Origin: the human T2T-CHM13v2.0 reference genome, Homo sapiens
Strand: one strand, 5' to 3'
Length of the DNA: 64,000 nt
Assembly: GCF_009914755.1 (NCBI RefSeq)
Contig: NC_060931.1
The notes below the pieces were generated by a model. The model was not told the origin of the DNA. It saw only the letters and a list, made by a program, of their open reading frames with translations, and ran no database searches. Below, one piece after another: positions 53,565 to 64,000 of this stretch. The position numbers and the translations under genes were made by a program. Every line of letters begins with the position of its first letter. Positions within the stretch are counted from its first letter, which is position 1.

Positions 53565-55476
53565 ATCCCTTATTAGTAACACTCTTTCTACAGCCAGTTA
53601 GAGCCTGTGATTCCCAATAAACAATGCGGAAGGAAGTGGAGAAGGGAGAAGAGGGATGATCATAGAACATTGCATCTTGAAAGCTATGGTTCTTCAAGTA
53701 AATGCTATCAGCAAACCCGAGAGAAGAGCCACAGCATTAGGTTTTTTGGTTTTGTTTTGTCTTTGTTTGTTTTTAATTCCAAGTCAGAATGTTAGGAAGC
53801 ATCTTAAAGTTGGAAAATAAGAATACCTGTATCAGTGCAGCAAATCTGTGCCAGTTTATTTTCTGACAAACTTTAATAATTGCTTTAGGTACATAAATCC
53901 ATCTCTAGCTGCAGTTCTGAGGTGGGAATTTGAGCACTAAAAAGAGTAATAGTGAATAGCGCTAAGGGTAGTCTACACACACTATCTTAATGGATTGACT
54001 TGATTTCTTTTCATGTCAAAAGGCATAAAATGTAAAATCAGCATGCACACTATGAAACTAGGCAGAAAATTCATGTTACAGAAATGTATTTTTAAATACT
54101 CAAAGTAAAAGCAAACATTTGAAAACGATTTAGTGCAGAAAAAATGTTTAGCAAATAGAATGCTATATAGCAATATACAGACTTTCTGAAAAACAACAAA
54201 AAAATCAAAATATATACAACAGACTATAATGAGAAGAACAAAGAATCTAATTAGCAGAGAGGTAAGATGGAAGGTAAGTTAAGAGTATAAGAAAACTAAC
54301 AATAAAATATTAGAATTTCAGTGAAAATTGGAAGAAGAAAATAAAAGGATAGAAAGTGACAAAATAAAATGAATAAAAAGGAGGATAAGCTATGTAAGCT
54401 TTTTAGAATGTGAAAAAAGGAGAGAGTGGTGAATAGACAAGCAAGAAGAGAAATGTTATGCATATACAGATTTCTTCTTAGAATTATAGGTACACATTTG
54501 GCAAAAAGCCTTCTGAAGTATGTGGATGGGAAAGCTCCTAAATTGCTGCAATATTAACCAACAGAGATCCACATATGCAGATTTCTTCTCTGAGATGCTA
54601 AATGACAAAAGCAATCAAATAACGTCTACATGATTAGGAAGGGAATTATATCACAGCCATGTTCTTCCTCATATATGAAGACAAAGACATTCAGAGTTTT
54701 TCAGAAAACATACCACTGAAATAACCTTCCTGGAAAAAAAATGTTATCAAGATATAATCTATCTCCTGAACATATGTGATGAATAAACATGTGAAAATAA
54801 ATGAATAAATAAAGAATAGTGTCAGAATTGGTTATTTTCCATCTTCCTGGAATCTATCATATAATAAAGTGAGGGTAAGGTAAAGTTTTGTTTTTGTTTT
54901 CTTACAACTCCAAAGAGACAGAAAGAGAAGTTAAATACACTCCTATTCAGGAGGTATGTTAAAGGAAGGTCAAACTTGATAGATAGAAAAGCCTGAGACC
55001 AATATCTTGAAGTTACTTCACTCAGAGGACCCATTCTTACCCCAGCCCTCCTTAGGCTCACAGAACCCAAAGACTACCTTCCACCTCCACCTTGGGATCC
55101 CTTCAGGAACACAGCCATATGCAACTCAATGATTATGAACTAGAACTGAAGGCCACAGCTAGAAGGCAAGACACTGAGGTGGGGAAAGGTTTTATTGCAA
55201 CTGGGACCATGAGAAAAGGAGTTTCCAAGAAGAAAACGTTTCATAGTGACCCCAGTGAGGAGGCTACAACTCATGTCCCAACAGTCAAGAACACTGGGAG
55301 AGATTCTCCTGAAACACCGTGTCCTGTGGAGTTGCAGGTATTGGAAATAATTGTCATGGTACAGCGGCAGCTTTATTGTGATCCTGATGAAGACTAAGAT
55401 TCAGGGCTTTTCATTTGCTTTGGGCCTGTGAATAGTGGGTACTGTTGGGAGTTATAGAAAGTTCTTGGAGGGAAGG

Positions 55477-55837
<361 letters not shown>

Positions 55838-56514
55838 TCATGAGTTTCCTAGAGACCTCAGAAAAAGGAATTTGAATCTCCAAGGCTCTAATATTTTACT
55901 GGGATTTCTTTTCTCATTCTAAACATATACTTTCATATCGAATTTTTCATTTTTAGGTTGTCTTCTTTATCTAAAGATGTTCTCAAAAACTCTGTAAGTT
56001 TCAGATATGTCATATGAAAAACATAATTTAGGAAACCCTGGAGAAAACTGGAACCAAAGTAAAAAGCTGTTCTGTACATTCTGCTGGCTTCACATGTGTG
56101 ATTGACTGGTTACTTACTACCCACTCCACCATCTCTTATAATTTCAGCTGTTTTGAAAGTTGATGCTGTTATAGGTGCATTGGTATTCATAACTGCTACA
56201 TCTTCATTGTGAATCATATCGCTTAACGTTATGTTATATTCTTCGTCTCATTTAAACCTATTTTGACCTTTAATTGTACCATGTCTCACACTAAGAACAC
56301 AATCTATTTTCCTTTTATCTGCCTTTACTTCTCTTTTTATTTTTAACATTAAATCAGATTACTTTTGCTTTGTCTCCTGTGTATAGTACAGAGGTAGGTT
56401 TTTCTTTGTGATCTGATCTTTTCTTTTCCATGTGATTTAAATCAAGTTACCTTCATTGCTATGACAGATATGTTTGAATTCTTTCATAGTTTATTATATT
56501 ATTTATTTTGTTTT

Positions 56515-57912
56515 TTAATTAATCAAATTTATGTTTTAGAGAAGTTCTAGAGTTGCAGAACAATTGAGCAGATAGTATAGTACAGAGGGTGCCCTTTTGT
56601 TTCTTCTTTCCCTGCACGCAGATTCCCCCATTATTAACATCTTGCATTGGTGTGGTATATTTGTTACAATTGATTAACCAGTATTGATACATTATTATTA
56701 ACTGAAGTCCATAGTTTATATTTGGGTTCACTATTTGTGTTTTACAGTTAAATTGGTTTTTACAAATATGTAATTTCATGTATCCACCATTACAATATCA
56801 TACAGAATAGTTTCACCAATCTAAAGTTTCATTATGCCTTATCTATTTATCCCTCCCTCTCTCCTCTCAAACCCCTGGTAACCACTGATATTTTTTACTG
56901 TCTCTTTAGTTTTATCTTTTCCAGAGTTCCATATAGTTAGAATCATAAAGTATATAGTCTTTTCAGATTGGCTTTTTCATTTAGTATTATGCATTTAAGT
57001 TTCCTCCATGTCTGTTCATGGCATGATAGTTCCTTTCTTTTTATTGTTGAGTTACCTGCTATACTCCAATCTCTGGATGTACCACGGTTTGTTTATGCAT
57101 TCAGTTATTTTTTGCTGTTCTTTATTTTTGTTACGAGACAGGGTCTCACTCTGCCATCCAGGCTAGTGTACAGTGGCATGATCACAGCTCACTGCAGCCT
57201 TGACCTCCCTGGCCTCAAAGGATCCTCCCACCTCAGGCTCCCGAATTGCTTGGATTACAAGCATGAGCCACCATACCTAGCTAATTTTTTTTTAATTTTT
57301 TGTAGAGATGGGGTCTGGCTATGTTGCCTATGACTAGGTTGGTCTCGAACTCCTGGGCTCAGGCAATCTACCCACCTCGGCCTCCCAAAGTAATAGGATT
57401 ACAGGCATGAGCCACCATGCCCAGCCCCATTCATTTATTAAAGGCCGTCTTGATTGCTTCCAATGTTTGGCAAATATAAGGAAATCGATTATAAAGATTT
57501 GTGTGGTGTTTATTCCATGACATAGTTTTCGACTCATTGGGTAAATATCTAGGAGCATAAATGCTAGATTATACAGTTAAATTATATTTCAGTTTGTATG
57601 GCTGGACATCTAGGATTTTTTAATCTCTCAAACTAGTCCATGCTCAGTCTCCAGCAATTAATCAATTACCATTTAAGTGCTGGCTTCAGATGTGGACTTC
57701 TGCTCCTTGGCCTTTGCTCCTGGGAAGCTGTGATTCTGAGTATCCGCCTTTCTTTTCAGTCGTCAAGGTGGCAATTTCCCCTATAAACTCAATTCTCTGC
57801 TCTAAGAAGAGTTGTTGATTTTCAGTTGTTCTTTTGTATTTTTATTTTTTCATCCTATTGTGAAGACAGATGAAATAACTTTCATGTTCTTTGTCAGACT
57901 GGAAGCTAGAAG
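56515..57912 (-). mobile_element. L1MC-type 3' UTR joined to an L1MC/MD-type 5' end
   Basis: TTAACATCTTGCATTGGTGTGGTATATTTGTTACAATTGAT (L1MC 3'UTR); AAGAAGAGTTGTTGATTTTCAG...CTGGAAGCTAGAAGT (5' end). Confidence 0.75.
57110..57426 (-). mobile_element. AluJ
   Basis: Antisense J-type Alu; TSD CATTCAGTTATT / CATTCATTTATT. Confidence 0.93.
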
Positions 57913-58687
57913 TATCTTCTTTTTTATAAATATATGTATTTCACTGTGTTCTATAATCTTTGCTTTTTATTTCAGCTCTCTGGTATTTCAGAGATTTTGT
58001 ATTTTTTTCTACTGGGTATTTTGTAATTTCACTTTTATAAAGTGCTCTTGGTGCTCTCTTTCCTTAGGTTCTATGTAGCTGTTCCCTACTATGGGCTACA
58101 ATAAAATTAACTCCTATCTTCTACCCTCTGCTAGTAGCTTACTGCATACTTTTATGTACTTGTATTTGTGAATGTGTTGAAATTCCAAGGACTTCATTTG
58201 TCAGCCTTAGGTGATATTCTTTGACTCCAGCTATCACAGAAGATTCTGCCCTTTGTCTTCTCTTTCCTTTGCCTCCTGATTTTTGTTAGTCGTTTCATTT
58301 CTACATGAACTGAACATGTAATAAATCATTCCATTCTCTTATTCTTACCTTTTCTTTGAGTCTTACTTTTACATTTTAGTTTCATTTTTTTTTAGTCTTA
58401 CTTTTCCATTTTACGGCTAATAACATGCATAGCTTCAACAATCCTTATTCTCAAGTCTCTCAGTCAGGACTTCATTGGCTGCAGATTCTCCTCTAGCACT
58501 GCATCCATTCAACTGAAGATTTCTGATTTAATGGCATAACAATTGTGGCAAATATACTTTTATTATCCTTGGAATATCTTCACATCTGTACATTTGTCGT
58601 TTTACATTGACTGTATTTGTCTTCATTCTGATGTTGTTAATCTTGCCAGAAGTTTATCAGTTTTACTAATATTTTCAATTAACCAGG

Positions 58688-58728
58688 GTTGGTTGGTTGG
58701 TTGATTGGTTGGTTGGTTGGTTGGTTTG
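58688..58728. repeat. (TTGG)n microsatellite
   Basis: Visible tetranucleotide run. Confidence 0.92.
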
Positions 58729-59251
58729 GCATTGTTTTTCTCTTCATTTTATCTTTGTTTCTACTTCATTAATTCTTGTATTGTTTTTTCAGCTTTATTC
58801 CGTTGTTCTGACTCTAGTTTCTTCATATAAAAATTGATTAAAATATCAGGTCTGCAATGCATTTAGTCCTCCTGGCTGGAGGGGGAGACCCCACCATAAA
58901 AAAAAGAAGGTAGTCTTATCTCTCCTTGTAAATATACAAGTGACAGACTTGTATATTGTATACAGACTTGTCACTTGTATACAACTGACAGACTTCATAC
59001 CAAATTAAATGGTTTTGTAGAAAGAAAGGCCTTATCTACAAAAGGCTCAGCAAGGTGTCCTTGGTTGTTTAGAATTGCTTAAAGAAACTTGAAATCTATA
59101 GATTTATAGGATGTGAAAGCTTGGGGAATATCATGTAAGCTACAACCATATGAGTATAAAGCAGAGATGGTTTATGACTTAAATAATTCCTTCAGTGTAG
59201 GTATTCTGGGCCAGAGAACTTTGGATGCAGAAAAAAAAAAAAAAAAAAAAA

Positions 59252-59592
<341 letters not shown>

Positions 59593-60056
59593 CTAAGTGT
59601 TCTCGACCTCTCCATGATTTGACTGTATTCTTTATTTGTATTCTTGATATGATTAATAAAGCTTTATCTCTTATTCGTGGGAATCTTATTTGACAATCTA
59701 ATTCTTTTTTAAAATAATCTCAATTCTTAGATACTTAACTTATTAAAGTTAAGCCTTTCATATTTTCTAATATACGCATTAAATGCTAACAGTTTTTCTC
59801 TACGTACCTTCTTAGCTGCCTTCTACAAGTTTTGATAAGTAATATTTTCATTGTTATTCAGTTCAAAATATTTTCTAATTTCCAACAATTTCTTTCTGAC
59901 CCATGAGTGTTTTTCTAAATTCCCAAACAAAAATGATTTTCTAGTTACCTTCTTATTGCTGATAATAAACCTAATTGCATTGCTGTCAAAGAATGTAACT
60001 TTTGTGATACCAATATTTTCAAATTGGTCCAGTCTTGCTTTATGGTTAGCTGATAA

Positions 60057-60353
<297 letters not shown>

Positions 60354-60500
60354 TAGGTGATAATTTTATTAATATTCAATGTATATTTTAGAGCAGAGAT
60401 CAGCCAACTATGGCCCACAGTCTAAATCTAGCCAGACACCTGCTTCTGTAAATAAAGTTTTATTGAAACATAGCCACATATATTTATTTATGTATGGTTT

Positions 60501-61394
60501 TATTGTGGGATCTGGCCAGCAGCCCACAATGCAACGGGGCTCTCTCTTTGCTCCTAGGCGGATCGGCAGGTTGAGAAATAATAGACACACACAAGATAGT
60601 GAAAGCTGGGTACAGGGGGGTCACCGCCTTCTGGTCCCACGGTGCCAACAATGCACTGGATATACCAGCATTTATTATTAAGTTTAGTGAGGGCGGGGGT
60701 AGGTTAGTGAGGGATTTAGGGTCATTTGATTATGAGGTGAGATGGTCACATGGGGATGAAGTAATTCTTTAACATAACATTTGTATGTAGAAGTACAGTA
60801 CATTTGTATGTAGTACAGTATACAGAGATAAGAATTTACAATATAGTGTGTGCGTCAGTAATTTCTAACAGAGCCTTAGAACAGAAACACAGTCTATCCA
60901 TAACCTATGATTAGCAAGATATTAATCAGCAGTAACAATTGCAACAAAAGCTGGTTACAAACAATCCACGGAAACAGGACGTTAAGCTAGACAACTGGTT
61001 AGACCAGAAATTCTCAGAAGGGAGTATGCTTTAACCCTAAAGAGGCCTAGAAGAGCCGTGGCAAGATGAGGCCGTTTATAGCCCTATCTTATCCATATGG
61101 ACAGGCGCCCCCCATGCATCCGTTTATAGGCTTTCCACAAGGGTCGCATTCCATTCCCAGAGCTATGAACGTCTGCTTTTCTGGGATAGGAATCTTGGTG
61201 ATGTGAAACCTCCCTGACTGCACGTCCATTCATAGGCTCTCTGCAGGTGGAAGCACATCACGCACTGTTGGCTTGTTCTGGCAGTCCAACTTGGCATTGT
61301 CTTTACACAATCCTGCATGCAATTTTGTATTTACAATAATCAGGAGCATTTCATCTTTTATTCCATAGCAATAGTTTCAGGGGGTCTCCCTACA
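60501..61394 (-). mobile_element. MER11D-like solo LTR (ERVK, HML-7/HERVK11D)
   Basis: 894 bp; revcomp begins TGTAGGGAGACCCCCTGAAACTATTGC; 6-bp TSD TGGTTT / TGGTCT, typical length for ERVK. Confidence 0.85.
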
Positions 61395-61504
61395 TGGTCT
61401 GTGGCTGCTTTTACACTACAATGGTAGGATTGAGCAACCTATCAGAGACTGCATGTCCTGGAAAGCCTTTATCATCTGGTTTTTGCAGAGAAAGTGAGCT
61501 GAGT

Positions 61505-61772
61505 AATCCCAGCACTTTGGGAGGCCGAGGCGGGCCGATCACGAGGTCAGGAGATCGAGACCATCCTAGCTAACACGGTGAAACCCCGCCTGTACTAAAA
61601 ATACAAAAAATTAGCTGGGCGTGGTGGTGGGCACCAGTAGTCCCAGCTACTCAGGAGGCTGAGGCAGGAGAGTGGCCAGAACTCGGGAGGCGGAGCTCGC
61701 AGTGAGCAGAGATCGCACCCCTGCACTCCAGCCTGGGCAACAGAGCGAGACTCTGTCTCAAAAAAACAAAAA
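61505..61772 (+). mobile_element. AluY, 5'-truncated
   Basis: Y-type diagnostics; 16-bp TSD AGAAAGT(GA/CT)GCTGAGT. Confidence 0.93.
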
Positions 61773-62764
61773 AGAAAGTCTGCTGAGTCTTACTTTAGAA
61801 GAACATGTATTCTACTGTTTGGGGACAATGTTCTATGTATCCATTGGATAAAACTTCTATTAACTTTGAGTTATTTAAATAGTCAACATGCTCTTAGGGA
61901 TTTTTTTTTCTGTCTTGATTTATCAATTACTGAGAGAAGTGTATCAAGATTTATTGCTATGGTGGTATATTTGTTAACTTAGCCTTACAATTCTATTAGT
62001 TTTGCTAGAGATAGATCCATAGATAGATTAAAAATCTGTTCTTAGGTAGACAGAAATTCAGAATAGTTACATTTTCCTGGTGACTTTATTTTGCAAATTT
62101 GAATATTAAATGGAATTCTATCTATATTAGTGGCCTTTTAATGGTTGGCATTTGCCAACTTGTTGGTTTAGTATTTGCCTGGTATGTATTTAATTACTTT
62201 TATTGTCAATTTTTTTTTTGTTTTTTGTTTTACATATATCTCTGTTGAACAGCAAAGAGCTAGGGTTTATTATTTATTCCAGAAAAATAATATGTGTATT
62301 TAGAATTTCTTCCATGGGCATTTAATATAGTTGCTATTATATTTAAATTTATTTCTATAAGCTTATATTGTGCTTTCTATTTGTCCCGGCTTTTGTATCT
62401 ATTGACTCTTTTATTTCTCCTTTCTTGCCCTCTTTTGAATTGATTATATTCTAATTTTATTTTTCATCTTTAATAATTTAGAAATGACATGATATATACT
62501 TACTTTTAGTAATTATATTTAACCTAACAAAATCAAGTATCAATAAATATAATTGCTCTCCTAGAATCTCTCATTACAATCAGTTTCTTTTCCACTTAAA
62601 CATTATTTTTCAATTTTAGTTCTATCATAATTTAACCTTCCTCCATAAAATTGGTATTATTGCTTATTACATGAGTTTATTTGATTTTAACCACATATTT
62701 CCACTTTTTTAGCTCGTTTATTATTACATTTCAAACTTTCAGTTGAGGCCACTTCAACTAAGAG

Positions 62765-64000
62765 AAAAACCAAGAGAACTTAAATAAACAAGATGGTGAA
62801 TTTAAAAAGGATAAAATTTTAAAATCTGCTTATAACAAAACTTAAAAACAGTAGAATTATGTTTAAGCATTTGTTTAAAAGTCTAATAAAATAGACAAAG
62901 CTATTATCCAGAATAAAATTATGAAAAATTCCATTTACAAGGTATGACATAATTTGAAACACTACTGATCTACTTTACAGAAAAAAAAAAATTGATCACC
63001 AAAATCTACTGTAGAAGACATAGCAAAACCAAGTATATAAAGACCCATAAATAAAATGGAAGAAGTTAGCACAAAACTTTCTCTAAAATAGTACTATACT
63101 GAGCAAATCTAATATGTGAGTTATTAAAATACACCAAAAATCAAATAAATAATTCTTAGTGTATTATACAATCCCAGAGCATAGAAAAAGATGGAATGTT
63201 TAGAATATATATATATTTTTTTGTCTAGCAATGGGCTAAAGCCAAAATTTGACAGAGCATTAAGAAGAGAAAAACTGAGATTCTAGGCCATATTTATTTA
63301 AAAATTAACAAATTCAACTCAGCACTATACTAAAAGTTCTAACCTCCATATAAAATTTACCTGAGGAATTTATAGATAAATCCATATTGAGATATCTATT
63401 AGTTGATTTGTCATATCAAAAGGTAAAAAGAAATCACATTTATATGCTGAAAATCTATCTAAATTCATGAGCTATTCTTGATTTAAGGAAAAACCTCCTA
63501 GCAAATTAGGAACATTATTATACATCATTGATCTGATAAGTAATTTTTATTTTAAACCTGTGACCAATGGCATAGTTAGCTATAAGACATAAAAAGTATT
63601 TTTCTAAAAGTCAAGAATAAACAAAAATACTTTCCTCATTATTATGTACCATTATTTCTGGAAATTTCAGCCAATGTGACAAGACAAAGAAAAAAGAATA
63701 AGGAGTTGAGATATTGCCAACAGGAGATACAATTGTTATTTGCAAAATTTGCAACTCTGCCTATGGAAACACTAAGAAAAAACTGAAAGAGAAATATAAC
63801 TTATAAGAAAAGTTTACTATTTGGCTAATCAGAAGATAATTAGGCCAAAAACATAGCTTTCTTATTTCATAGCAATCACCAGAGTGTATAGTTTACAAAA
63901 CAGTTCTATTAACAAAAACAATAAAACATTAAACTAATGAAAGTTATATCTTAAATATTAAATATTTGAATGAAAAGTAATGTACCCAGGTGATATGATT
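62765..64000 (+). mobile_element. Old L1M ORF2 fragment (sense)
   Basis: AATAAAATAGACAAAG, AAAGTCAAGAATAAACAAAAATAC, TTGTTATTTGCAAA (degenerate RT motifs). Confidence 0.75.

Larger units (their letters stand above)
60394..61792. mobile_element. MER58A split by a MER11D LTR and an AluY
   Basis: Halves TGTAAATAAAGTTTTATTGAAACATAGCCAC and GTGGCTGCTTTTACACTACAA rejoin; degenerate 8-bp TSD TTTTAGAG / CTTTAGAA. Confidence 0.85.

Overview
AT-rich, CpG-depleted primate (human-like) genomic DNA dominated by interspersed repeats: Alu J/S/Y, old L1M/L1PB fragments, L2, MIR, MaLR and ERVL LTRs, an internally deleted ERVL provirus, a MER11D-like ERVK solo LTR, and Tigger and Charlie DNA transposons. I find no multi-exon protein-coding gene. 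The one recognisable gene-derived sequence is a full-length processed pseudogene of NDUFAF4 (35362-37751). It has a 16-bp target-site duplication (TSD), a poly(A) tail and an ORF that stays open for 153 codons before a frameshift adds a new 63-aa tail. A possible terminal exon of an unidentified transcript lies at 685-~1620. The most unusual structure is three independent short-range templated duplications: a ~700-bp inverted copy, a ~120-bp direct copy and a ~210-bp direct copy. Each is pasted into an older transposon a few kb from its donor. A ~65-bp palindromic template-switch scar is also present. These look like fossil DNA-repair events, not a new gene system. Repeat subfamily names come from recalled consensus motifs, identities are hand counts, and both need confirmation by alignment. 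Nearly all short ORFs in the supplied track are repeat-derived noise.
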